Assembly: GCA_038087875.1 (NCBI GenBank)
Contig: CM075998.1
Span: forward strand, 6,140,001-6,204,000
Direction of reading: 5' to 3'
Length of the DNA: 64,000 nucleotides
Origin: Malacoraja senta
Lineage: Eukaryota
How positions within the stretch are numbered: position 1 is the stretch's first letter; every line of letters begins with the position of its first letter. A program made the translations under genes and the position numbers. The notes beneath the pieces were generated by a model. The model searched no databases, was not told the origin of the DNA, and saw nothing but the letters and a program-made list of their open reading frames with translations. Of this stretch, positions 1-12,156 are shown piece after piece.

Positions 1-574
1 ATTACAAGCTCATATTTCTTCATGACATAGAAGTCGGCCATTTAGCCCATCAATTCCATGTTGGATCATAGAGAAATCTCATTCTCATTCTCCCACATTC
101 CCCTGTCAACTATTCTCTCACCTGCACCAATTGATATCCACTGATTCTCTCTGATTCTCCTTCCACTCAACTACACTCAGGGCAATTTACAGCTGTCAAT
201 GAACCAACAAACCAGCATGTCTTTGGTAGGACATCGGGGCACTAGGAAGAAACATGGAAACCCATACAGACTGCACATGGACAGCATTAGAGATCAGAAG
301 CAGCAGCACTCTGCAGAACTATGTGCCACCCCTATATTAAATAATAATAAAACAATGTGAACTTACATTGCACCTATATGTGGTCAGCCACCATTGGTGG
401 AGTCATTACATTCAGAGGGTGGGCAAGAGACCACAAATAGTCTCTTTGTGGTCTCTTTACTCTTTGTAGCACGGACGGTACGGACTAGAAGGGCCGAGAT
501 GGCCTGTTTCCATGCTGTAATTATATGGTTATAGTGCCTGGTACAAGAATTTAAATGTGACTGGTTTTGGAGTC

Positions 575-700
575 ACATATTGGAGTATTGTGAGCAGCTA
601 AGTGCCCCATATCTGAGGAATGATGTGCTGGCGTTGGAGAGGGTCCAGAGGAGGTTTACGGGTTTACGAGAATGATCCCTGGAATGATTGGGTTAACATA
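575..700 (+). mobile_element. CR1/HER1-like LINE RT fragment (target of the Tc1 insertion)
   Basis: ttggagtattgtg...gatgtgctggcgttggagagggtccagaggaggtttac is the typical CR1 ORF2 C-terminal region; it is cut at TA 699-700. Confidence 0.7.
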
Positions 701-1872
701 CAGTGCCCTCCATAATGTTTAGGACAAAGACCCATCATTTATTTGCCTCAGTACTCCACAATTTGCGATTTGTAATAGAAAAAAATCACATGTGGTTAAA
801 GTGCACATTGTCAGATTTTATTAAAGGCCATTTTTATACATTTTGGTTTCACCATGTAGAAATTACAGCTGTGTTTATCAATACCCAATTGGATCCTGAT
901 TCAAAACTAATAATACTAGGAATATCAGAACAAAACCTAACACTCACAACAAGACAAAGAAACTTTCTCGACTATAGTATAATAACTGGGAAAAAATTAA
1001 TATTAAAATGTTGGAAAGGCCCTATAACCCCCACAATTAAAATGTGGATTATGGAAATGTCGGAGACCCTACATCTAGAAAGAATTAGACTTGTCTTAAT
1101 GGACAAACAAGAACTTTTTGTCAGAATATGGTCTCCATTCATTGACTATTTGAAGCGGTAGATCGGTTCAGCACGAGAACCTAACTGAAGCTCGAACTCA
1201 GGATTAGATGAAAGGTTAAACTTTATAATCTACAAACTATCTCCAATGATGTAAATCATTCCACTCTTTTTTTTAATCTTGACATTTGTGGGGGGGTTTT
1301 CTCTGTTTCTTTCTTACTTTCTATCTATTAAAAAAAAAACTAGAAGCAGAATCAATCCACAATTGATAATATTAATAATGTATGATTGATAAACATGAAA
1401 TGTTTTTATCTTAATATGTTTTTGCTTCTAATAAAAATATTTTTAAAAAAAAGAAACACTCTTCAGGAGTCAGGTGTGGATTTGTCAATGACCACTGTCC
1501 GCAGAAGACTTCATGAACAGAAATACAGAGGCTACACTGCAAGATGCAAACCACTGGTTAGCCACAAAAATAGGACCACAGTTCTGGAAAAAGGTCTTGT
1601 GGACGGATGAGACAAAGATGAACTTATATCAGAGTGATGGCAAGAGCAAAGTATGGAGGGGAGAAGGAACTGCCCAAGATCCAAAGCATACCACCTCATC
1701 TGTGAAACACGGTGGTGGGGGTGTTATGGCCTGGGCATGTATGGCTGCTGAAGGTACTGGCTCACTTATCTTCATTGATGATACAACTGCTGATGGTAGT
1801 AGCATAATGAATTCTGAAGTGTATAGACACATCCTATCTGCTCAAGTGCAAACAAATGCCTCAAAACTCATT
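701..1872 (+). mobile_element. Tc1/mariner element, interrupted by L1 and 3'-truncated
   Basis: TA|cagtgccctccataatgttt TIR shared with the 17493 copy; 1453-1872 encodes a transposase piece (TTVRRRL, WKKVLWTDETK, VKHGGGGVMAW). Confidence 0.9.
879..1452 (+). mobile_element. L1-type LINE 3' end inserted in the Tc1
   Basis: ORF2 C-terminus GKKLILKCWK..PTIKMW..ETLHLERIR homologous to 3691-4842; stop at 1161, 3'UTR, AATAAA and A-tail near 1430-1452. Confidence 0.85.
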
Positions 1873-2146
1873 TAAAAATGTTGAGATTATCTCTCCTGAA
1901 GGACACGCCCCTTCCGGAGGGACTATGAAACCCGGAAGTGTTGAGTGCCTCAGTCAGTCTCTGCAAGATGGGGGAGCGAGGGGGTCACGTCACGTCACGT
2001 CACGTCACGTCTCTCAGTCTGAGCTGTGAATAACACTGAACACATGTCTACTAAACTGCGAGCGGTTTTACTGACCTGTCAGTGCCCTTAATGTGGTTTG
2101 AAAATATAGTTTGGAAATGCTAAAGCTGTGTTGCCTTTGGTTTGGA

Positions 2147-3277
2147 AATGCTAAAGCTGTGTTGCCTTTGGTTTGGAAAGGCTAAAGCTGTGTTGCCTTT
2201 GGTTTGGAAATGCTAATAGCCCTGTCCCAGGGTACGAGTTCATTCCAAGAGCTCTCCCGAGTTAAAAAAAAATCAAACTCGTGGTAAGCACGGAGAATGA
2301 ACGTAGCAGGTACGTCGGAGCTCAGGGACGTCTCTTAGCGGCTCGTAACGCTAATGGCAGGTACTCGGGAAGACTCGCTAATGGCAGGTAAGCACGGGAA
2401 GACTCGTGAAGATTTTTCAACATGTTGAAAAATGTCCACGAGAGCCCCAAGTACCGACGAGTGGCCATTATCGTAAATCTCCGTGTTTGAATCAGGGCAA
2501 ACTCGGGAGAGCTCTTTTACTGACCTGTCAGTGCCCTTAATGTGGTTTGAAAATATAGTTTGGAAATGCTAAAGCTGTGTTGCCTTTGGTTTGGAAATGC
2601 TAAAGTTGCCTTGTCTTGCCTAATTAAAGTTGCCTTGCCTAATTAAAGTTGCCTTGCCTTCTATATAATTAATAGTCTAATCTTGACCACTTCCTGTTTG
2701 CGCTTTATATTGATTTTAGAAAAAACGCTACCATGTATGGCTGTGATATTTGGCCATCTCACTCAGAGTACCCCTCCACTCATCATGTGTCAAGGATTTT
2801 CTCCCATTGATGAAAAATAAAAGAGTGGTTAGTGTTTAAAAAATGTTGAGATTCTCTCTCCTGTCAATCATGCCATGAAGGCCACGCCCCTTCTGGTGGG
2901 AGGGGGGGAGGGACTATAAAACCCAGAAGTGTGGGCGTTGCTCAGTCTCTGCAAGATGGGCGAGGGAGAGGTCACGACTCGCTGTCTTTAGTGGCCTTGC
3001 ACCCTGCTTGAAATGGTATGAAACTGCACTTGAATTTGGTGGCCTTGCACCCTGCTTGAAGTGGTATGAAACTGCACTTGAATTTGGTGGCCTTGCACGC
3101 TGCTTGAAATGGAATTTCAAGGAATAGCCGTGTCAACTGCCAGCCCACCAGCCGTGAGTAAGCTGCCAGCACAACAGGCTTGAGTGACTGAGCCGCCAGC
3201 CCAAGAATCCATTCGGCCCACAATGTCCATACTAGCCCTCTGGAAACCAGTCCCTTCAGCGCACAACACCCATACAT
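2147..3277 (+). repeat. Direct duplication, copy 1 (~1.13 kb)
   Basis: Near-identical to 6702-7805 apart from a 27-bp indel. Confidence 0.95.
2217..2515. mobile_element. Harbinger-like MITE fragment inside the Helitron (also at about 6772-7045)
   Basis: Starts TAA|tagccctgtccc; internal inverted repeat aagagctctcccgagtt / aactcgggagagctctt; end resembles the MITE at 46502. Confidence 0.55.
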
Positions 3278-6200
3278 TTTTTTTTATTTTTTTTTTATTT
3301 TTTTTTATTTTTTAGAAGTACGGTAGATTACAGTAATGTACAACACGTATATATTAATACATTTTTTGTACCGCTTCATTTTTTTAAACTTTAAGAAAGA
3401 AAAAGAAAGAAGTAAGAAAAGTGAAGAAAGTGCGCAAAGGTTGTGAAGTGCAAAAGAGTGTTGGGAAAAGAAAGCCCCTTAGAGAAGAGGTTAGAGAAGG
3501 AAGTAAAGTTAGAAAATAGACCCTAGAAAAAAAAAGAGAAAGAAAGAAGGAACAATCGCTCTATTATAACTCTTATACCATACTTCATAGAGAAGGAACT
3601 ACCAACCAAGTCTGTTTTTATTTTACCTCCCATTACCAGGTCCAGATACCTTTTATTTATTTATTTGTTTTTCTAAATTACTATTGCACCTCATGCTTGT
3701 AATAGGTCCAAAAACGTAGACCACGTCTTTTGAAATTGATCTACTTTACCTACTAGGAGGAATCTCATCTCTTCCAGATGTAATGTTTCCAACATATTTG
3801 ATGTCCACATTTTTATTGTTGGTGTGGGCGCATTTTTCCAGAATTTAAGTATAAGCTTTTTTCCCATTATTAGCCCATAATTGAGTAAATTCTTCTGATA
3901 CACGTTTAATTCAGGAATACCTTCCGATATTCCAAAAATAATCCATTCTGGTTTTGGTACCAGTTTTATTTTGATTAATTTTGAAAAAATATCAAATATT
4001 TCAAACCAGAATTTTTGGATTTTTGTACAAAAAACAAAAGAATGTGCTATGGTAGCTTCTTGACATATACATTTATCACAGATTGGTGAGACGTTAGGAA
4101 AGATTTTATTTAGTTTGGTTTTTGAATAATATAATCTATGTAATGTTTTAAATTGGATAAGCGTATGTCGTACGTTGATCGAGCATTTATGCACCTGTAA
4201 TAAATGATTATCCCAACTCTCTTTTGAAATTTTTATACCTAGATCTTGTTCCCAATCTCTTCTAATTCCATCTGTTGTGGGTATTTCTATATTTAAGATG
4301 ATATTATATAAGTATGATATTAAATTAACTGATTCCGCCTTTGTCTTCATTGCTTCATCTAGTAAGTCGGAAGGCATATTATAATAATCTTTTGTGTGTG
4401 TTTTCAAATAGTCACAGATTTGTATATATTTAAAATATTGATTATTTTTCAAATTATATTTCAGTTGTAGTTGTTGGAATGATAGTAATTTTTCTAATTC
4501 ATACAGATCTTCGAGCGTTTTAATTCCCATTCTTTCCCATTGTATAAATGCTTTATCTATGATTGAAGGTTTAAACGATGGGTTATTGACTATTGGTATT
4601 AAGAGAGATAGGTTTCTTAATTTTAGATTCTGTTTTATTTGCTTCCATGTTCTAATAGTGCTATATATAATTGGATTTTTATTATAATTTTTATTATTCA
4701 AATTTATTGGAGAGAGAATAATCGCTCCTATATTATTCGGGGAGCAATCCCCTTTTTCCATTATAATCCAGTCCACCTGCTGGGCAGAATTGTCCAGCAG
4801 GTGAATCATATTTTTAATATTTACTGCCCAGTTATAATACATAAAGTTAGGGAGCGCTAGACCCCCAACTCTTTTCGTTTGTTAAGGTGTGTTCTTTGTA
4901 TTCTGTGGGATTTGTAATCCCATATAAAATTTGTAATGTCTGAGTCCAGTTTTTTGAAAAACTTTTTTGGGAGATATATAGGTATTGATTGAAATAGGTA
5001 AAGGATTTGTGGTAAGAAAATCATTTTTATAGCATTTATCCTACCTATTAAGGACATCGGAAGTGTTTTCCAAAATTTAATCAGATTATTTAATTTCTTA
5101 AGTAGGGGATTATAATTAGCTTTAAACATATCATGGTAATTTCTAGTAATCTCAATTCCTAAATATTTGAATTTTTCCATAGCTATTTTAAAAGGGAATT
5201 TCCTGAGATGTGTTGAGTCTTTTGGTTTAATCGACATAATTTCACTTTTGTTCCAATTTATTCTATATCCTGAAAAGGATCCAAAGTCCTCAATTAAGTT
5301 TAATATATTTGGTATACTAATTTGTGGTTTTGTGATGTACAGTAGTACATCATCAGCATATAGGGATAGTTTGTTGTTTGAATATTTTGTGTTATAACCG
5401 TGAATATTCGAGTGTGTTCTTATTTTTTCAGCAAGGGGTTCAATTACCAAAGCAAATAACAGCGGTGATAGTGAACATCCTTGTCTGTTGCCCCTAGATA
5501 ATTCGAATTTTGAAGATAATATATTATTAGTTAGTATTCTAGCCGTAGGTTTGTTATATAGTAGTTTTATCCATGCAATAAAGTTTTCTCCCAATTGGAA
5601 TTTTTGCAATACTTTGATCATATAGTCCCATTCTACTTGATCAAACGCTTTTTCTGCGTCCAGTGAGATGATAGCTAACTCTTCGTCATAAGATTTATGT
5701 GAATGCATTATGTTAAGCAAACGTCTCAAATTATTAAATGAGTGTCTCTTAGGTATAAATCCTGTTTGATCCTCATGTATTAGTCTACTAACATACTTGC
5801 TTAATCTATTGGCTAATGTTTTTGCTATTATTTTCTGATCCGTATTTAACAAAGCAATAGCTCTATATGATCCTGGTTCTTCTATATTTTTATCTTTTTA
5901 AGTATTAATATGATCGTTGATTCCGCTAGTGTTTCAGGTAGGTTTTGCTCTTTATAAGCATATGTATACATTTTTTGTAATCGTGGAGTAACTATATCAT
6001 AAAAAGATTTATAAAATTCATTACTGAATCCGTCTGGTCCTGGTGTTTTTCCATTTTTTAGTGTTTTTATTGTGTCTTCTATCTCCTTAGAAGTAATTTG
6101 TGCTCCCAGTTCCTCTTGTTCCCTGCGTTCTAATTGTGGTAGATTACAATTATCTAAAAATTCTGAGATTTTATTATTGTCTATTGACGTTTTAGATGTG

Positions 6201-6703
6201 TATAGATTCTGGTAAAATTGAGCAAATCTTTTATTAATATCCTTGGGTAGTGTTAATACTTCCCCTCTATCTGATTTAATCTTTAATATTGCATTCTCTT
6301 TTTCCCGTTTTTTAAGTTGTCGTGCTAGAAGTTTGTGGGGTTTGTCCCCGAATTCGAAGTGTTCTTGTTTTGTGATTTGAAATAATGTTATAACTTTCTC
6401 TGACAGTAATTTATTTAACTGAAATTTCAGTAGTAGTATTTTATTATGTTTATCCATAGTTGGGTCTTTAGCATTATCTATATCTAACTGTTTTATTTGA
6501 TCTTCTAAGTGTCTTTGTTCATTCTTATTCTTTTTATTTTGATAGGCTTGAAATGAAATAATGACTCCTCTTATAAATGCTTTGAAGGATTCCCATAATA
6601 ACGTGGGGGATATCTCTGGTGGAGTATCTATCTAAAAAAACAGATGGATCTATTTTTTGAGTTAAATGATACACCAGAGATATCCCCCACGTTATTATGG
6701 GAA
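3278..6703 (-). mobile_element. 5'-truncated, 5'-inverted L1-type LINE (ORF2 RT, C-terminus, poly-A)
   Basis: Poly-T/(T)nA tail at 3278-3313; ORF2 pieces 5882-6457 (KTPGPDGFSNEFY), 4857-5852 (LDAEKAFD, RQGCSLSPLLF, LYADD) and 3691-4842 (CDKC..H..C); inverted 5' piece at about 6634-6703. Confidence 0.95.
3691..6625 (-). pseudogene. L1 ORF2 reverse transcriptase, split by two frameshifts
   Basis: Three consecutive ORFs with RT motifs; breaks near 4860 and 5890. Confidence 0.9.
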
Positions 6704-7805
6704 TGCTAAAGCTGTGTTGCCTTTGGTTTGGAAAGGCTAAAGCTGTGTTGCCTTTGGTTTGGAAATGCTAATAGCCCTGTCCCAGGGTACGAGTTCATTC
6801 CAAGAGCTCTCCCGAGTTAAAAAAAAATCAAACTCGTGGTAAGCACGGAGAATGAACGTAGCAGGTACGTCGGAGCTCAGGGACGTCTCTTAGCGGCTCG
6901 TAACGCTAATGGCAGGTAAGCACGGGAAGACTCGTGAAGATTTTTCAACATGTTGAAAAATGTCCACGAGAGCCCCAAGTACCGACGAGTGGCCATTATC
7001 GTAAATCTCCGTGTTTGAATCAGGGCAAACTCGGGAGAGCTCTTTTACTGACCTGTCAGTGCCCTTAATGTGGTTTGAAAATATAGTTTGGAAATGCTAA
7101 AGCTGTGTTGCCTTTGGTTTGGAAATGCTAAAGTTGCCTTGTCTTGCCTAATTAAAGTTGCCTTGCCTAATTAAAGTTGCCTTGCCTTCTATATAATTAA
7201 TAGTCTAATCTTGACCACTTCCTGTTTGCGCTTTATATTGATTTTAGAAAAAACGCTACCATGTATGGCTGTGATATTTGGCCATCTCACTCAGAGTACC
7301 CCTCCACTCATCATGTGTCAAGGATTTTCTCCCATTGATGAAAAATAAAAGAGTGGTTAGTGTTTAAAAAATGTTGAGATTCTCTCTCCTGTCAATCATG
7401 CCATGAAGGCCACGCCCCTTCTGGTGGGAGGGGGGGAGGGACTATAAAACCCAGAAGTGTGGGCGTTGCTCAGTCTCTGCAAGATGGGCGAGGGAGAGGT
7501 CACGACTCGCTGTCTTTAGTGGCCTTGCACCCTGCTTGAAATGGTATGAAACTGCACTTGAATTTGGTGGCCTTGCACCCTGCTTGAAGTGGTATGAAAC
7601 TGCACTTGAATTTGGTGGCCTTGCACGCTGCTTGAAATGGAATTTCAAGGAATAGCCGTGTCAACTGCCAGCCCACCAGCCGTGAGTAAGCTGCCAGCAC
7701 AACAGGCTTGAGTGACTGAGCCGCCAGCCCAAGAATCCATTCGGCCCACAATGTCCATACTAGCCCTCTGGAAACCAGTCCCTTCAGCGCACAACACCCA
7801 TACAT
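6702..7805 (+). repeat. Direct duplication, copy 2 (~1.10 kb)
   Basis: Near-identical to 2147-3277; continues into the Helitron 3' end. Confidence 0.95.
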
Positions 7806-9419
7806 GCGCTCCAGAAAGCCCCCCCCCCCCCCCCACTGGCCATCAATATTGGAATTGGTGGAGAGGTGGAATATTGCATTGGGGGACCAGCCCTCCTGTG
7901 TGATGCTGGGACCCAACGGGTCCCACTTAGTCTAGTATACTATAAAGAGCACAAAATGCAAAGTGCTGGATGAATTCAGCAGGTCAGGCAGCATCTGTGG
8001 AGGGAATGGACAGACTATGTTTCAGGTTGGACTATTCATCAAACTGAAGAAGTTGCCTGACCCACTGAGTAGCTCCAACACTTTGTTTTTAACTCATGAT
8101 TCTAGCATCTGCAGTCTCTTGTGTGTCCATGTTACAAAGTGATCTGGTCAGTAGCCTTAACCTACTGCCTTGCTACAAAATATCATTTTCTATAATACAA
8201 ATTCCTCTTTTTGGTTAGGAAATGAAAAGAACAAACATAAGGGAAATGTCCAGTGAATTAGATAATATTAGAGAATGTAATCAGGATTTCCCCAGTGAGT
8301 CACCTCCGGTCACTGCAGATGCGACACAACCCCCCGCTGCTTACAGGCACTGACCTTACATAACCAGATTACAGCATAACTGACTCCAACGGAATGGAAG
8401 TTGGATTGCATTGGCACCTTTTACACCTTGGTCTCAGGAATATCAAAGCTGTATTTTGTATATGACAAATCACTCTGCTTCTCCATTAATACTAGAATAT
8501 TTGTTGAGGCTGGACAGAAATTGACATTTAAGCTAAAAGAAGCTGCACCCACCTGGTTCAGCCCAAACTAAATAAACATCCAGAAGGATTAGTAAAAGAG
8601 TGGATGAGTTGTGTGTTGACAGCCACATCTACATGGATGGAAAACGGAGTCCCCAGGAATCACCTATAATCCAAAGCCCCATAGCTGATCTGATGTGGCA
8701 TGGGTCAACACTGCAAGCCAACACACCGGGTGGCATGGAGGAAGGTTGTTGCAGCTTTCACGATACCTCAATGGCCATAGGACTGACTTGACTTGGAATA
8801 GAAGGTACTCCAGGGCAGCTAATTTGGAATGGGGAACTTCCAGCCTGATAAGAAGGGGGAAGTGGAAGTGAATGTGAGATGTGTTTAGAGGAAAGAGTCT
8901 TTAGAAACTTGAAGCCAAGGAAGAAATTGGAATGGACAAGATACTTTAGGTTTTGGGTGAGACTACCGAAGAGCAGAGGATGATAAGCAACAGTTTCTCA
9001 TGGTTTCAGTAGCTGTTCTTTCCTCATACTCCTCAATGCCTTATGGGTCACAGAATCTATCCACTTCATCCTTAAATACATTCAGCAACTTGGCCTCCAC
9101 TGCGCCCTGTGGTATCCAGCCTTCTTCTAAGTTCTAGTGAATACAAGCCGAGTGGGCTCAGTCTTACCTCTAGTGGCAGTCCCGCCAATCCTGCACACCC
9201 TCCGTGGCAAGTATATCCTTTGTGAGGTAAAGAGACCAATTCTGGACCTCATATACCAGGTGTGGTAAAATTGAAGCAACACAACCTTGCACCTGTATTA
9301 ATGAAGGTCAACAAACTAGTTGCTGCATCTGCTGTTTGCTTTCATTGGCTACTGTACAAGTACACTTTGGTCCCTTTGTACTTCACCATTTCCCAAACTG
9401 TCATCATTCTTTACTTTGG

Positions 9420-9700
9420 AGATACCGCGCGGAAACAGGCCTTTCGACCCACCGAGTCTGCACCGACCAGCGACCAGCGACCAGCGACCACCCCGTACAC
9501 TAACTATGGACAATTCTACATTTTTTACAATTTACTGAAGCCAATTAACCTACAAACCTGCACATCTTTGGAGTGTGGGAGGAGCAAACCCACGCGGTCA
9601 CAGGGAGAAGGTACAAACTCCGTACAGACAGCACCCGTAGCCAGGATGGAACCCGGGTCTCTGGCGCTGTGAGGCAGCAACTCTACCGCTGCGCCACCTC
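9420..9700 (-). mobile_element. tRNA-derived SINE (HE1/V-SINE-like)
   Basis: Reverse complement of ggtggcgcagcggtagagttgctgcctcacagcgccagagacccgggttc (A/B boxes) with a CR1-like tail. Confidence 0.85.
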
Positions 9701-10140
9701 AGGGAATGGAGCGATATAGATTATGTGCAGGCAGACAAGAGTTGATCTTGGCATCGTGTTCAGCACAGACATTGTGGGCCAAAGGGCCTGTTTTGTGATG
9801 ATACCCATGTTCTATGTTCTATCTTCCAATGATGGGGTTTGATTCATATTGAGAGTTATAGAGAGATCACTGTGACCACTCGTTCATTGTTCTGCGTTTT
9901 AAACTAGGCAGAGGGGAACACACAATAAATTTACCAGCATGGGCTCCAGTGAGAGGGGCCTCCATGACTGGCCAACATAACTCACTGACTGGATTTTTTC
10001 TTTACAGTACTTATCCTGTATATAGTACTACAGCCAGGTTTTATACTGAACCTTTCTTCCTTGGCTTCAAGTCTCTGCAGACTTTTCTCTGAACACATCT
10101 CACATTCACTTCCACTTCCCCCTTCGTATCAGGCTGGAAT

Positions 10141-10380
10141 AGACAATAGACAATAGGTGCAGGAGTAGGCCATTCAGCCCTTCGAGCCAGCACCGCCATT
10201 CAATGTGATCATGCTGATCATCCCCAATCAGTACCCCGTTCCTGCCTTCTCCCCATATCCCCTGACTCCGCTATCTTTAAGAGCCCTATCTAGCTCTCTC
10301 TTGAAAGCATCCAGAGAACCAGCCTCCACCACCCTCTGAGGCAGAGAATTCCACAGACTCACAACTCTCTGTGTGAAAAG
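10141..10380 (-). mobile_element. CR1/HER1 LINE 3' end
   Basis: agacaatagacaataggtgcaggagtaggccattc...cagagaattccacagactcacaactctctgtgtg. Confidence 0.85.
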
Positions 10381-11184
10381 GAAGTTCACCATTCCTAAGA
10401 ATATTATTTATTCAATTGTCTATTTCTACTAAAGGGGATAATTTCACATTCATCCGCATTATATTGTGATTGCCATGTATGTGCCCACACACTCAACCAG
10501 TCGAAGTCACCTTGAAGTGACATCCTCACAATTCACAAACCTCCAACCAGAAGCACCCTCGCAGGTCCAAGTAAGCATTCTGATGGTTTGGGTGGTCTCG
10601 AAGAGGAGAAATATTCCAAAATTATATTTCCTGTCACTACACACAGAGACGGGACGACCAAGGCCGTACAAGTTAGTCAATGGCAGCAGCAGATTGCAAG
10701 GTTGGAGTGAATTCAAATTGACGCCTGGAAGTTCGGAACAGTCAAGCTGACTAACAGAACTTGCGTGATGCTGACTACCTTAAGGTAAGTGGAAGGTTGA
10801 GGAGTGGGAAATGGAAGTAAACATGAAGATAAAGGGGAAAAAAGGAAACAAATATTTCAGTATTAGTGAGGGAAATGTTTCTTCACACAGTGAGTGGTTA
10901 AGATCTGGAATGCACAGCCAGGAGTGGGGGCTAGTGGAGGCAGATTGATGATGGCATCCAAAAGGGAACAGGGCAAGTACTGTAAAGAAAACATGCAGGG
11001 CTCTGGGAAGTGGGGGGGGTGGGGGTGGGGGGAGTGGGGCCAAGTGGACTGCTTTTGCCAACACTTGCATGGACTCCAGGAGCTAAATGTCATCCTGCAG
11101 TTCCTTGTTTCTAAACTCCATTTCTCTATTCTCAGATGCTGTCTGACCTGCTGAGCATCTCAAGCATGTTTTGATGTACAAAGA

Positions 11185-12016
11185 AAGAACTACAGATACT
11201 GGTTAATACACAACAGGACACAGAGTGCTGGAGTAACTCAGCGGGTCAGGCAGCATCCGTGGAGAACATGGATAGGTGACGTTTCACAGAGTGCTGGAGT
11301 AACTCAGTGGGTCAGGCAGCATCTGTGGAGAACATGGATAGGTGACGTTTCACAGAGTGCTGGAGTAACTCAGCGGGTCAGGCAGCATCTGTGGAGCGAA
11401 GGAAATGGGCAACCTTTCGGGCCGAAACCCTGAAGGAAATAGGCAACGTTTCGGGCCGAAACCCGGAAGGGTTTCGGGCCGAAACATTGCCTATTTCCTT
11501 CGCTCCATAGATGCTGCCGGAACATGGATAGGTGACGTTTCACAGAGTGCTGGAGTAACTCAGCGGGTCAGGCAGCATCTGTGGAGAACATGGATAGGTG
11601 ACGTTTCACAGAGTGCTGGAGTAACTCAGCGGGTCAGGCAGCATCTGTGGAGAACATGGATAGGTGACGTTTCACAGAGTGCTGGAGTAACTCAGCGGGT
11701 CAGGCAGCATCTGTGGAGAACATGGATAGGTGACGTTTCACAGAGTGCTGGAGTAACTCAGCGGGTCAGGCAGCATCTGTGGAGAACATGGATAGGTGAC
11801 GTTTCACAGAGTGCTGGAGTAACTCAGCGGGTCAGGCAGCATCTGTGGAGAACATGGATAGGTGACGTTTCACAGAGTGCTGGAGTAACTCAGCGGGTCA
11901 GGCAGCATCTGTGGAGAACATGGATAGGTGACGTTTCACAGAGTGCTGGAGTAACTCAGCGGGTCAGGCAGCATCTGTGGAGAACATGGATAGGTGATGT
12001 TTCGGGTCGGGACCCA
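11185..12016 (-). repeat. Penelope-terminus-derived 66-bp tandem array (~10 units) with nested module
   Basis: Unit cacagagtgctggagtaactcagcgggtcaggcagcatctgtggagaacatggataggtgacgttt; nested module at about 11396-11518. Confidence 0.9.
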
Positions 12017-12156
12017 ACGGATGCTTGATGCTTTGCGAGGTTTTGAATGGAGCCGGAGTATTGAATGATGAAAGAAGTTTCGTTTCTGTTTCCGAAAGTG
12101 AAGCAGATTTGTTTCGAGCAGGGATACCCACCAGGCTTCCAGACACCAACAGACAC

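Larger units (their letters stand above)
1873..7935 (+). mobile_element. Non-autonomous Helitron-like element (5' end not seen), hosting an L1 and a MITE fragment
   Basis: 3' end GGGACCC-AAC-GGGTCCC hairpin (7908-7924), then acttagtCTAG|T at 7932-7936; internal 31-bp and 48-bp tandem repeats. Confidence 0.65.

Noticed and set aside
703..1161. 152-aa ORF
   Set aside because: Chance fusion of the Tc1 TIR with the L1 ORF2 C-terminus; starts at a non-ATG codon
11185..12016. CRISPR-like appearance of the 66-bp and 26-bp arrays
   Set aside because: Units are head-to-tail with no unique spacers, derive from Penelope termini, and there are no cas genes; the context is eukaryotic
11405..12028. 207-aa repetitive ORF (also 29461-29874 and 52257-52616)
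   Set aside because: Open only because the 66-bp unit is a stop-free multiple of three
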